A DNA stretch of 64,000 nucleotides from Hydrolagus colliei (Eukaryota), in assembly GCA_035084275.1 (NCBI GenBank), contig CM068746.1, positions 2,170,001 through 2,234,000 on the forward strand. The letters run 5' to 3'. Position numbers and translations under genes: made by a program. This document shows positions 1 through 12,806 of this stretch, piece after piece. The first letter of the stretch is position 1. Each line of letters starts with the position of its first letter. A model generated the notes under the pieces. The model was not told the origin of the DNA, searched no databases, and saw only the letters and a list, made by a program, of their open reading frames with translations.

Positions 1-1889
1 ACCATTTATTCTTTTCTAATCAAATCAAAAACTCTGGTGGTTTAATTTACGAATATTATGTTCAATTATAACACAGCAACTCCACCAGACCATACTAGCA
101 ACCGTAGAAGAATCCACCTTAAGCCTATCAACATTTCATTTCCAATGGTGAAATCCTATCCTACCTGTCTTCAACGCAATAACATCATGCAGAAAAGTCA
201 AAACTGAAACAAGTGTTCACAGAGCACTGTGTTATGCATTGAAAAGACAGAGAACATGACTCAAAATAGTGGCCGATTTATCACTGTTTCAAAAGCGAAT
301 ACTTCTATCCCACCAGTGTTTAAAGATAGTGTGATGAAGGTATGAAAAGTTCCCATATTATTTTGAAACTGTGCGAGATGCTCGAAAGCTTGATGGGTAT
401 CTTACATTTCTGCTTTTGCTTGCCTCTCCCCGTGGGCCTAGGTGACGATTTTATATGATGAATGAGGATATTGAAGGTAAGCAGAAAATCCATACTGAAC
501 ATTTAGTTGCATCGGCAGCTGAGATCACACACTGCTAGGTTTGTTTTGATGTTGTACTTTCTCTTTTTCTCTTGTTTTATTCTTGCATTTCTGTATTCCA
601 TCAGGATGTAGGTCGCTTAACACTCAATTTATTTACGCGTAACTTCTTACAGCGTGATTTTTTTTCTTCAAATTGAACCAGGATGTACTCGTGTTGTGTG
701 GCATTCTATCAACGCTGCATATTGGTGACTGTTGAGGTTTCCATCCTACACTTCTAGATAAGATACAAAAACAGGCTGAAAGTGGGACCTTCTTGAATTT
801 GCATCTTCCTACACCTCTTCACCACAACTTTAATATGCCTCTATGTTTTGCGGCTATTGCCTATTCAACTTTTGTGTCATTTGTTTAAGCAGGATCTCCT
901 TTGAGCTGAACTGGGCTCCAACTCTGACAGTGGAATGTTGGAATCAAAGTCAGCCCTCTTTGGTATCTCGGTAGTCCAATTCCTGAGTTAGGCGAGTCTA
1001 CGGTATTGGCAGCTGGCTTATTGGCAGGACCGGGAAGGGCAAACCAATCTCTGGGGTGGGTAGGGAGTCAACTCCTCAGGTCCTGTTAACCCTACAATCT
1101 AAAGGCCTAACAGGTAGGGTTGTCCTAGTTGGACAAGCATACTGAAAGCTTGCCGGATAGCGATATCAATGGCAACGTATGTGGCTTTAGCTGGCTGGGT
1201 TAAAAGTGACCTCAATCCACACTGTCGGGTTCCCGAGCATTGGCTCTCGCCAATCTGTGTCTAAAACTTTCTGGAATTAAGTCAAGCCGGAATGCCCCCC
1301 TCCAGGAAGAGAGTGCGCATTCCATTCCAATTATCTATCTCTGAGATTTCTCTGAGTGTAGGTGAAGGGCATGGAAATCCCAGCTTGGTTAGGATTCTCT
1401 TCAGTCGGGTGTTGGGTTTCCACATAGATCAGATACGTAACCGACCCACTCCGCCCCACACACAAAAAAAACCCTTTTGTTTTGAAGGTGGTGAAATCTA
1501 GCTTTATTGCAGCATCACCAAGCTTTCGCATCTTCTTCGCAAAATGTACAATCGATTCACTTTATTCTGTGAAGCGATTTGAGAGGTCAAGAAGACACAA
1601 AAAGCGATGTATCAAATGCTAGTATTACTACTTTTTCCCCCTTACTTTCTTCACTCTTCTATTCATCCTATATTCTATGAGTTTTGATTTGGCAGCGCCA
1701 CTAAAATGCTGCTTGATTTATTTTTTCTCTGTTTCCTTGATTCAACTTTGGTAGTCTCCTACAGTGCTTCTTAATAAAACACTGTCCATTGTGTTTGTAG
1801 GCCAATCACCCGCGTCAAACTTTCTCTCTCCTGAAAAGAGCTAGATGAAAATCCACAAATAAATACTGAATGCGGATGACCCCCCAGTG

Positions 1890-2000
1890 TTAGAGGAATT
1901 AATGTGAGCAAGAGCAAGCTAAGCCTCTTCAGTCATTAATGGAGAGGTCTCGGAGGGATCTTATACAGGTACAGAAGATTCTAAATTGGATTGGTTGCAT
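1890..2000 (+). mobile_element. Decayed CR1 LINE fragment (ORF2 3' region)
   Basis: 'aagctaagcctcttcagt...ggagaggtctcggagggatcttatacaggtacagaagattcta' resembles the CR1 segment encoding LGLFSLE.RRLRGDLIEVYKI in younger copies in this window. Confidence 0.5.
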
Positions 2001-2914
2001 TTATTTTATTCCTGAGGAAGAATTTTACAACTTCCTCTGTCATTTTCACAAATTGTGTTCCTTGCTGTGCACTCATCTCATACCATCCATTACATTTCCT
2101 TTATAATTTTTAATCCAAGCCTTCGATAACTTGCTATTTAACAATATCCAAAATCGTAAACCTTTTTTTTTCCTTCGTCAATTTCTTTTCGCCGATTTTC
2201 TCCTTTCAACTTTTAACCTAAAGGCATTTAAAAAAAAAAAACTAGCAGGATACAAAAACTAATTTAAAAAATGCTGTCATCATTCATGAGTGGTACAGTC
2301 TTGAATGACTATTAAAAAAAAATCACAGTTCATTCTTATAGACAGTTTACATTATTGCTCAATATTGCTACGTTGCTCGCATGATCAGTGTTGTAGTTAG
2401 TCCATCATCTCTCAAAAAAATACAGTCAAAATTATTATTAAAATGGAGAGAATTAAAATGTTCAATCCATGTAGCATTTACAATGCAGATATACTATAAC
2501 TAAACATAACATGCAGGTTCCTGATATGAAAAACACTAGATCAAATGCAGGGATTATCATAACAGTAATAAAAAAAAGATTATTACTACAATTATATTTT
2601 TAATACTTCTTACATTTAATACAGCGCCCTTTTATGTCAGGAAGACATCTCAACACATTTTGCAGGATGTGTACCTTGTACGCAAATTGTGGGCAATTTT
2701 ATATCGTAGCAGGCTTCATGAGAAATGGATCATGTTTTACACTGTCGAAAAATAACCCCAGTAATTAACACATATATCGAGCCTTTCACATCATGAGGTT
2801 GTCTCAAAGCACCGTATAGAATTTACTTGGAACCCTAATAGTGGTTAGGTGGAAGGTGAGGAGTGGGGGGTGGAGGAGGGGAAGATGACAAAAAAACAGT
2901 AAGAAAGAATGGCC

Positions 2915-3095
2915 ATAATAATAATCCTTGCTTTAATTTAATATAGTGCCTTATCACATCTTCAAGATGTCTCAAAGTGAGTGCTTTGAGTGCTTGACAA
3001 AATATACAGTGAATTGACTGTGTATTTTTGGAGTGAAACGCGGCAGCCAATTGCACACAGCAGTGTCTCAAAACAGTAGTGGATTGAGTGACCAA
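2915..3095 (-). mobile_element. Deu/L2-tailed SINE, 3' fragment
   Basis: Reverse-strand tail 'taataatccttgc...gtgaattgactg...ggcagccaattgcacacagcagtgtc', homologous to the full copies at 35077 and 44429. Confidence 0.75.
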
Positions 3096-4851
3096 ATCAT
3101 TTGTATTTATTTTGAAGGACCGTTTACACTCCAGAAAAGCGATCTGCCAATGGACTCACAACTGGGTTCCTACTTATTACTGGGTAAACAGAAGCGTTTG
3201 GGGGTAAGGACACTTACCTCACATTTTGCCCTGACCAGGAATCAAATCCGAGTGTTGTATATTGCCTTAACGAGATAAGTGGCGATTGACTGATTGACAG
3301 ACTAAAAGTGTAAAAGGATTATGGGAAGAGTGACTGGGGGAACTTTGGAATAGAGTTGGAAAGTGGTCGATCTGATAGAAGTCAACTTGTAACAGTTAAA
3401 TTAAAGGACCGAGTAAATCTACATGGTGTTTTGTGGAGTAAAGAACATTGCCTCAGGTCCGCTTGCTTGTAAAGCGAGTGCTCTAACCAATGTACTAAAG
3501 GACTTATTGTACCTCCTGCTTATCCCAGTACTGCTGACTTAGCACAACACACATATGAGGACAAGAGAAGACACCATCTCTACCCTTTTCTCTGTCGTAC
3601 AAGACATTTGGAAGGTAATGGAAAAGCTGTTGAAACTTAAATTTGGGGGGATTGGAATATTGACCTCATACGGCTGATACCACATGATGTGTTTTGGAAC
3701 CTCTGCTTGAGGCTGGAGTGGGTTTAATGCACACACGGTCGAGGTTTAAGGGCCTGCGGAATTATCAAACCAAAGAATCCGTGAATATCCAGCTGTTATC
3801 AATGTGGAAATTAATTGGTTTCAGTCACCTTGCTCAATGTGCAGTCATTTGTTTTTAGTCATAGCAGTTATTCAACCATGAATTCTATTTTTATTGTTTT
3901 AGTTCCTCAGGCTCTCAGCTGGTCCAGTCTTTTGTGGTCGTTTTGATCTTTTAGATGCTTTGCGTTACTACCTGAGAAAAGTTAAATTGCAAGGGGAATG
4001 CAGATTCCCACTATAATCCTGTTCCCCTGAAGTCAGTAAACTTTATTCACGAAGCATGAATGTGTTTATATTTATTGGAAAAGTGCAAAACACTGCAACG
4101 TGAACACAGTACTGTAGTATATTTACTGAAGAATTTATTTAAAAGAGTTGTTTAGTCATTTCTGCATCCTAAATGACAGGTGATTAAACATTTGCTATTA
4201 TTTCAATCAGCAAAGCAAACTGTTCAGCTTTTTTATGGTAGTTAATAAAATGATTAATATGAATATGAATCCTTGCATTTGATATAGCACCTTTCACGTT
4301 GGGAAGGCATCTCAAATTTATAGAATAGATTGTTATGAGTAGATCCTTATGTTGTCGGCAACTTTGGGATTTAGTGTACTTTAGCATTAGATCGTCCATT
4401 TGAACAATGATACAAATATCATCAATATACAAATATATTTTTTTTATTGGTTATGTTTCGAACTGATAACCTGTTGAAATCACCCATTGAAGAGTATTAT
4501 AACAATCATGGTATTTTTTGATATAGCACTTTTCACAACTTCTAGATGTCTCAAAGCGCTTCACAGAACACACAGTACTGTAATAATATGTTATAAATTC
4601 ATAGTTATTTTAATATGTATAATATGATTCTAAACCACTGTGCTGATATGTACCTTGAGATGATAATCATGAAGACATAATTGTTTGATAATTACGGACT
4701 GATCCCCATTATCTTTGGTAATAAGTTCATGCTGAGAGTGTGTTTGGATAAAGTTTATGTAGTGTTTAAAAGGTATGCTAGCTAGATTTGCAGCTGAAAC
4801 ATAAAAAATGACACTGCAAATATAAAAACAAGTGATATAAACTTGACCTAA

Positions 4852-4993
4852 CATGCCGCAGTTCTGACGAAGGGTCATAAACCTGAAACGTTGACTCGCT
4901 TTCCTTCCTCCATGGATGCTGCCTGACCTGCTGAGTTTCCCCAGCTACTTCTGTTTTTGTTTCAGATTCCCAGCATCTGCAGTATTTTGTGTT
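4852..4993 (+). mobile_element. Penelope-like element pseudo-LTR fragment with hammerhead ribozyme motif
   Basis: CTGACGA-A-GGGT-cataa-ACCT-GAAAC-GTT core followed by the shark-type repeat 'gatgctgcctgacctgctgagtt...cagcatctgcag'. Flanked by the 9-bp direct repeat TTGACCTAA (4843-4851 and 4994-5002). Confidence 0.7.
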
Positions 4994-6749
4994 TTGACCT
5001 AATTTTAGTTTGTCAAGTTACCAGAATTTGTTCATTGAGAAGTCTTGTGGCTGAGCACCATTTTCCTGCAGCTTAACACGAACAAGACGAAAGCCATTCA
5101 AGGTCCTGCCAATGTCTCCTTCTAAACACTGTTTACCTTCTCTCTTCTTCTGAGCTTGATGTTATATTAAACTTATTCTTCGAGTGCAATTTATCTATAC
5201 GTTTTTCCCAATGCGAAAATTTCCAGCGTCCATAACCTCTCAACCCACAATTGAACCTTGACAATGGTTATTCTGCTCAGACCACCACTGCCAGGAAATT
5301 GGTGGCCAGACTCGACTGTAATTGGGAACAAATTTGTTCTCCTAGCAACCTTTTCTACTGAGGCTGAAAGGCACTTATTAAAGAGGTTAGTGAATTTATG
5401 TTAAAAAGGCAATTGGGCATGTTAGATCTTTGTTAAGAGCTGTTCATCTGAAAACAAGGTAAATTTGAACAGGGGGAAAGAGTGAACCATTCTTGGTTTA
5501 TTTATTCCAATTACGATGGTAGGTTAAAGCCTCAGCAAGGGGGGAAACACATTGAAAGCTAAAGCTCCCAAATATAAGGATAAGCCTTCCTTGGGGTTCA
5601 TCTAGCTAACCGCTTTCTTCCTGCAATTTCTCTTTGATCCAGGTTCTGTCTAGGAAAAGTATATCATAAAATGTTAGTATTTAGTACGTCGCACATTCCC
5701 ACGTTTTGCAATGAGATGAGATTGTTAAGGGGCAGCAGAGGGGGGAAAAAAACAGCTCAACAGTAATGGTGTGCATTTATAAAGTGTTTGTTTTGTAAAA
5801 TAAATATTGTCAACCTTTCTCTAAAGCCTCCGGGGAGTGGCGTGCACCACATGCCTGACATTTGTCTACAAAAAATTTAGTCGCTGAACTTTCCAGGAAA
5901 TCTTGTGAAGTGGTTTGAGACCATCTCCCAACATGGAAGGCACTGTATAAAACTCAACGATAATAATAACTGTTATTATTATAGATGCAAGGGGTGAACG
6001 TGCTGCATTCATTAGTTCGGTTCAGAGGGTTTTGAACACTGTTGATGCGTTTCTGAATATCTCAAACACATTACCTGACGAAACAACTCACAATGGAAAT
6101 GGTGGACATAGAGGAGCTCAGAGAGAACTGGCAAAACACAGTGAATAACAACTTTCAAATTGTCTAATTTATCCATGATTTATCTATTTATCCCCAGGAC
6201 TTTTGTATAGTTTCCATACCCTGCGTGTTTTTCAGAATTAGTTTGGGATTAATCTCGATGTCTTTGAGTAACTTCTTCATGTCCCACACCCACCATCAAT
6301 GGACAAGCTTTCTAATGTACTGCCTCCCTCCACTCCCCCCACTCCCCTAGCCCCGCACTCTCTCTATCTCTCTCCCCCACCACCCCACGCAAAAAAAACC
6401 TTTCCACCTCAAGACCTCTCTTCTCAATTCAATTTTCAGTCGTCTCCTCAGCTTAGACACCCAGTCAGCAACATGAAGTGCTTTGAGGCGTCCTTGAGAC
6501 ATGAAACGCGCCCCCAATAAAAGCAAACAGTTGTTGTTTCAAACTGTCTATCGACCTGGTTTGGAAATGAAATATAAAACATTACAGTAGGGATACTGTG
6601 TCCCTTATATCATCCTCAACTCTCACCTGTGTCCGACATGCAGTTTACTTTAACTTCTGATCTTTACTTAGTCTTGGATGAGAATCCAACGCATTGCCGA
6701 TCGTGTGTTATATTATTGGAGGTGTCGTCCTTCACACCGTTGTATCATC

Positions 6750-7165
6750 TCGGCTCAGTACTCGTATTTTTGCCTCTGAGTCAGAAGTTGTGGGTTTGAA
6801 TCCCGTGTCAGAACTTGAACTCAAATTGTCTTAAGTTGGCATTCACTGCTGGGGGGTGGGGGATGTATTCCACAGTCAAGGGTACCGTCTTTCAGTTGAG
6901 GCATTAGAACCAAGGTCTTGTCTGCTTGTTCAGATGGACAGTATGGATCGCAAGGCACCCTTCGAAAAAAGAAAGGAATTTCTCCTGGTGTCCTCGTCAA
7001 CACTCGGAAAATAGACAATTTCTCATTCACTTCGTAGCTGTTTGTCCGTTGATGCTGTGTACAAACTGAATGCACCATTCATTGACCAAGCACACAGTCT
7101 CTCCACTTTATAGTATATCATGGGAAGTGCTTTGAGATGCCCTCGCAATGTGAAAGACATAAGGG
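6750..7165 (+). mobile_element. Old tRNA-headed DeuSINE (SacSINE1-like)
   Basis: Head 'ggctcagt...gcctctgagtcagaagttgtgggtttgaatccc', Deu-like body 'gtctttcagttgaggcattagaaccaaggtc', and L2-type tail 'tgctttgagatgc...tgtgaaag'. Confidence 0.65.
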
Positions 7166-8199
7166 TCATTTTCGTTTTTATCTTCAACTGTTTTTTATAA
7201 AAATCAGAATAGGTTTGCTCCAGAAACGTTTGCATTTCAAGGAAAGGCCGGTGAGAACGGACAAGAAATGAAACATTGTCAGCCACTGCTGATTGAATTT
7301 CCCTTTGGCATTTTCATTTTAAATTCCCTGTAACTAATCAGCTATTTTAGCTGGGAGCTCTGAAGAAAAGTACTGTTTTGAGGCATGTTGCTTCTCCGAA
7401 GCACCATGATGCACTATAAATTTTTAAAGAAAGTCTATTGATGGTAAATGGAAGAAATGTTATGGTGAAAGATTACAGCAATAATAGGACATTTCTCCCC
7501 ATTTGTTCTTTCCATTATTCCCATCCAATTAACATAGTTAGACCACTTCAGACGCACTTTTGCTGCATTCAGTATGGGGTTCTACGTAAATTAAGAAGCT
7601 CAGATGATTTGCCTCGAATAAAGAAAGATTGATTTCCTTCCATTGACCAGGGCTGATTCCAAACCCTGCTACAAACAGTGCTCTTCAATTAACAGCTTTG
7701 CAAATAAGGCAATCAAATACAGATTTAACATCCTTTTTGTATAGAATTAAGACGTGATGTGGTGGGGGTGGGGGGGGGGGGGGGGACGACGACGGAGGTG
7801 GGGGGCGGGATGGTATTTGTTGCACAAACAGAAGGACTACAATGTAATCACTCTCACAAATTAAACTGTTTCACCAATTTGTGCGAAGATATTGTGTATA
7901 ATCAGCGCCTTGGGACGTTCTCCCGACGTGAAAGGCGCTCTATCAGTGTCATTTTGTTGTTGTTGATAATATCGTTGTCTGCATTTGTTCATGATAACCT
8001 GCTGGCGGATGATATTTAACAAGTAATTTATTCATGAAGGAAGGAAAATTTGGAAACATGGTCCATTCTTTTTTTATAAGGATGCTTAATTACTGTACCA
8101 CAATTGACCTGTACTTTATGAATAATATGTACTCAAATTTTCAGCGCTGCTAAAAAAAAATTAAAAAAAGAAAAATCCTTGCCTAAAATTACACAGATT

Positions 8200-8480
8200 T
8201 GCACAATAAATGCCATTAGGTTCAACTAGTGCCTATTTCCACTCCTCATAAGCCCCCAACCCTCCTTCCTTTGCCCACTCCTGCACAGCTCAATTCCCTT
8301 CTCCCTCAATTATGAATTAAGTATCTTTTTAAACACATTGTTGTTTTGTATTTCAACCATTACATCTGATAACGAGTTCCACATTCTCGCTATTCTTTGT
8401 GTAGTAAAGTTTCTCCTAAACCTCTTTATTAAATCAATTACCATCTCATAATTACGCTCCTTGTTTTGTCCACCAATTAT
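8200..8480 (-). mobile_element. Decayed CR1 3' end
   Basis: ORF 8310-8588(-) contains RRNFTTQRIARMWNSL, matching the CR1 ORF2 C-terminal motif F(F)TQRV..WN.L. Confidence 0.75.
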
Positions 8481-8924
8481 AGAATATCCCGGGAAAGGCA
8501 AGGAATGCTTTATTCCTTCACAATGACACTTCATTTCAGATTTGAGAAGACAATCAATACACAGTTGACAATAAATATTGTGAAGCACGTATCACAATAT
8601 CTCCCTGACCTGAAAGGCCCTATAAGAAATATTCTTATTATATGCTAACTTTAAAAAGTATCAATTCAACGGAATACCCGGTACGAGATTTTGAAAGCCA
8701 TTGCAAAAAACTGAGCTAGTATTCTCAAGGTACTGAATACTATAATCATACTACAGACACAGGTCTTGAGATTGCTAATTCAATGGGAATGCGTGAGTTT
8801 GAAGATGTGACGATGTACTTATAAAACACAAATTGTACCCAGAAAATAAAAAGTAAATGGAAGTATTTCTATCACATTTGTTGCACCCAAGACATTTGAG
8901 TAAAATTAATGCTTAGCGTTGATC

Positions 8925-9060
8925 TCATAGCCCAGCACTAACAATCCTAGGGCTCACTATATCGCCATAAGTGGCTGTGCTTTGGATGAGATGTTAACTC
9001 TGAGGGCCTCACTGTCTATTGAGGTAGATGTTAAAGATTTCCCTCTGAGCCAAGTAGTTC
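8925..9060 (+). mobile_element. Old DeuSINE body fragment
   Basis: 'gctttggatgagatgttaac...ggcctcactgtctattgaggtagatgttaaagat' resembles the Deu domain. Confidence 0.45.
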
Positions 9061-9684
9061 TACGATAGTTGCCTCCAGCTACACTCATTAAAGAGGACCA
9101 AATGTGGCTTTGACTACAATTACATCAACGTGTTATTGTAATAAAATCCACAAAACGACTGCTGAAGGAACGAGGTCTAAGTTTTAACTTTCGTATTTTT
9201 CTTCCAAATTCCTTTTACTTTAGAAAAAACATTTTAACAGAGAATTGCATGGAATTTAGATCATGTGTTATCTTCATTTAACCACCAGGGGATAGTCTAA
9301 ACCTACTTTACTGAATCAATTAGGGATATTTTTCTGTGGATTATTTCACCTGTCCCATAATTCTAAATGTAAAGTGGACTGTATGTGATTGCAAAAGCTT
9401 CTCAAGCCCCGTAAGAGGTATTCAATATGCCTTATTCTTTTTATTAAAATTGATGCATGTATAAAAAGGATTTGTTAAAGCAACTCGGATCTATTAATAT
9501 TCAAATAAGCCTCCAAAGGCACTTCAATAAATCATAAAAAAAACATTTACTGAAATGGAGTAAAGAAGGATTTTTTCATTTTAATTTTCTGCCACTTTAC
9601 AGAGTAGCCTGTACATAATTGTTAATGGATTAAGAACACCAGAAAGTGTGGAGCAGGAAATGGGCATTCATTCACCTCACCTCA

Positions 9685-9772
9685 GGCACTATCATTTATA
9701 CGTTCCTGTTCCACAGATAACAATGTCCCATTCCCCCATCCTTGGCAACAGGAACGTATAAATGATAGTGCC
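9685..9772. repeat. Perfect 26-bp inverted repeat with 36-nt spacer
   Basis: ggcactatcatttatacgttcctgtt (9685-9710) is the exact reverse complement of aacaggaacgtataaatgatagtgcc (9747-9772). Confidence 0.95.
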
Positions 9773-10067
9773 CCCTAATCTCACATAAGTTTCAAAAGCA
9801 GGTTTGTTGCCGATTATTGACACAGACACCAATAGTTTCAATTAATTTCATTAGTTTTCATCGTAAAAGAGCTTACGCCATAGTTTCTTTATGAGATGAA
9901 GCTCATTCCTGGGCAGAAAACAGGAATGGGATAAGGTCATTCAGTCCATGGAGCCTGTTCCACCATTAGATCCAGGGAGATAATTTTACTTGCAATATTC
10001 TGTCTTTCTGCCATACCCTTCATACCTTTATTGTTGAGGAAAATTTCATTTCATTTTTTGGATTAGA

Positions 10068-10236
10068 AATAATCCTTCCATTTGATATAGTGGTTTCCAT
10101 GTCTTCTGGACATCTCAAAGTGCTTCACAGAATCTACTGTAAAGTGAATTGACTGTAAATTTGTCAGCGAAACACAGCAGCCAATTGCGCACAGTGGTGT
10201 CTCACAAACAGTTGTGGATCAAAGTGACCCAATTTT
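10068..10236 (-). mobile_element. Deu/L2-tailed SINE, 3' half
   Basis: Homologous to the 3' half of the SINE at 35077. Confidence 0.75.
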
Positions 10237-10777
10237 TAAAAATAAGCTAAATGTGTAGAAATCCTAAACTTACGGTAGATACTTTTTTTTAATGTTCCTT
10301 AATCAATATATATCTCATACCAGTGTGATAATAGCAAACTGCCAATACAAACCTACACTAGAGTGCATTGTAATAACAATGTGAAGTATCGTACAGATCT
10401 ATCTTTATATCTATTGCTAGTTTCTCCCCCAGAGATGTATTTACGCTGCTACTTGCTCATTTACTGTACCAGATTGTGCTGCTCCTCTTCAAGTATTTAT
10501 GCAGTTCCCTTATAAATGGTGTTTTGTTGTGTATGAATTCATTCTGTAAGTATAGGTTTCAATAATGCAGGCTGGATTTAAGGTGCAATAGACCTTTTCT
10601 CATTGCAGATTGTATGGAGAATCTGCCTGTTGACAGGACAAACGAGAGCTGTTCACTAGAATTTTTCTGAAAAAGACAAAAAACAACAACACAGAATGCA
10701 TATATATCCACATTGAAAGTAAAACCGATTCCCTCTTACACGGATAAAACTAAACAAACAACACAACACTGAAGATC

Positions 10778-11019
10778 AGTATCCTGTAAAGTGAATTGAC
10801 TGTCACTGGACGAAACACAGCAGCCAATTGCGTACAGTCCCACAAACAGTTGTGGATTGAAAATGACCAATTTTTATTATTGTGGATTTTTTGGAGAGAT
10901 TATTATTAGGCGTGTGTGTGGAGTAAGGATACTTCCCCAAGGTTTCGCCCTGACCTGCCTGGATTCGAACACAGGTCCCACGCTTGTAAGGCGAGCGCTC
11001 TAACTACTGAGCTACAGGA
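10778..11019 (-). mobile_element. Young tRNA-derived SINE (chimaera SINE2-type), lacking its 3' tail
   Basis: Minus strand has A box 'tagctcagtagttagagc' and B box 'gttcgaatcc'. Body matches the other copies. Confidence 0.85.
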
Positions 11020-11651
11020 TTGTCATATTCGTGTACCAAATACACAGTTGCAACATCTTACAGAAAATCATGTGAAGTATTTTGAGACGTGAAAAGGCAT
11101 TATGTAAAATGCGTGGATCATCATTACCGATATTTCTGTTGTTTTGAAATACTTTAATGCTGTGGTTTACAACAGCTAAGAATTTTAGTCAGTCAATCAC
11201 TCAATAAATTCGGAAAATCTTGACAAACTGTTGAGTGCAGTTAAGTTGAATGGTAGGACTGAGGCCATGTGTTGAAATGTCCATAACATTTGAAATCCAT
11301 TAACCTTTTTTGTGTTGCAATCTTGCCGTGATGAGGTTGTGTTTCTGGCAGATTTGTCATGATATGATAAATGAACTATCTTTACAGATGTTGATTATTT
11401 GACCTTCTACGTTTAGGATTTCCTCTCGATCGATTGTGGTTAATGGTTGTGTTTAGCTCAAATATAGTAAAATCGGACAGTGGAAAACATATTCTGTTTG
11501 TAATAAAGCTCACTGGTGCATAAATGATTAAAAGAGCTTACGTGTTTGAAGGAAAATTGTATTATTTTACTTGATAGGCAGATTCCATTTGCTTCCAGCA
11601 CTTATATTAACATATGTGTATATGGCCAATAGATGAGTTAGATGATTAGTC

Positions 11652-12220
11652 TTGCTGCAACTGTATAGGGCTCTGGTGAGACTGCACGTAGAATATTGTG
11701 TGCAGTTTTGGTCTCCTTATTTAAGAAAGGACATACTCGCCTTAGAGGGGTTGCAGTGTAGATTCACTAGGTTGGTTCCTTGGATGGAGGGGTTGACCTA
11801 CGAGGGTAGATTGAGTAAACTAGGCCCCTATTCCCTAGAATATAGAAGAATAATAGGGGAATTTATAGAAATTGATAAGATCCTTAAGAGGCTTGACAGA
11901 GCAGACAGTGTGAGACTGTTTCACCTGGTTAAATAATCTAAAACTAGGGATCATAGTCTCAAGGTTAAGGATCAGCCTTTCAAACAGAATTGAGGGAACA
12001 TTTCTTCACTCAGAGTATGAATTTATGAAATTCCCTAACCTAAAAGGCTGTGGATGCTCAGTCCTTGAATGATAGATTTCCAAAATGTAGAGGGATTAAG
12101 GGATATGGGGATAGGGCGGGAAAATAGAATTAGGTTTGAAGATCAGCCATAATCTTAGTAGATGGTGTGGCAGGCTTGATGGGTCAAATGGCCTACGCTA
12201 GCTCCTCTTTCGTATGTTCT
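11652..12220 (+). mobile_element. CR1 LINE, 5'-truncated (ORF2 C-terminus plus 3'UTR), inactive
   Basis: Translation LYRALVRLHVEYCVQFWSPYLRKDILALE. Stops and frameshifts follow, then the CR1 tail 'aatggcctac...tatgttct'. Confidence 0.92.
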
Positions 12221-12380
12221 CTTTAAATTCTAAGGAATCCCCTCTAAGTCATCTTCCATCAGGATTGAATGGCCTGAGCTTGTCTAGCCATTGTTCAAAA
12301 GCTTATTGAGCCATGTTAAAATGATTCTATGAAGCACTTATCTAGTCGTTTTTAAGGAGTTAATTGATTCAGCAATAAGT

Positions 12381-12381
12381 A

Positions 12382-12418
<37 letters not shown>
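12381..12418. repeat. (AT)n microsatellite
   Basis: Direct reading. Confidence 0.95.
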
Positions 12419-12421
<3 letters not shown>

Positions 12422-12579
12422 AAAAATCCTATAAGAAAACTCAAAAGGAGGAAATGGCAATTAACCCATCAAAGCCCATTACTTCAACAACAACAACCAC
12501 AAACATCACTATATTGTGGCCTTCACTCTCCACCACTCTCTTTCTGGGCAAAGTTCTATTTAAACATTCACTGAACCAT

Positions 12580-12806
12580 ACTCCACACGTCTAATAATAA
12601 CCCCTCCCAAAAACAACCACAAAAATAAAAATTGCTCATTTCAATCCACAATTGTTTGTTTGGACGCTGCTGTGTGCGATTGGCTGCCGTGTTTCACCCA
12701 CAAAAATACTGTCAATTCACTTTACAGTACACTCTGTGAAGCACTTTGAGACGTCTAGAAGACATGAAAACCTCTACATCAAATGCAAGGATTTATTATT
12801 ATTATT
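12580..12806 (+). mobile_element. tRNA/Deu SINE lacking its head
   Basis: Matches the body and (ATT)n tail of the SINE at 35077. Confidence 0.8.
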
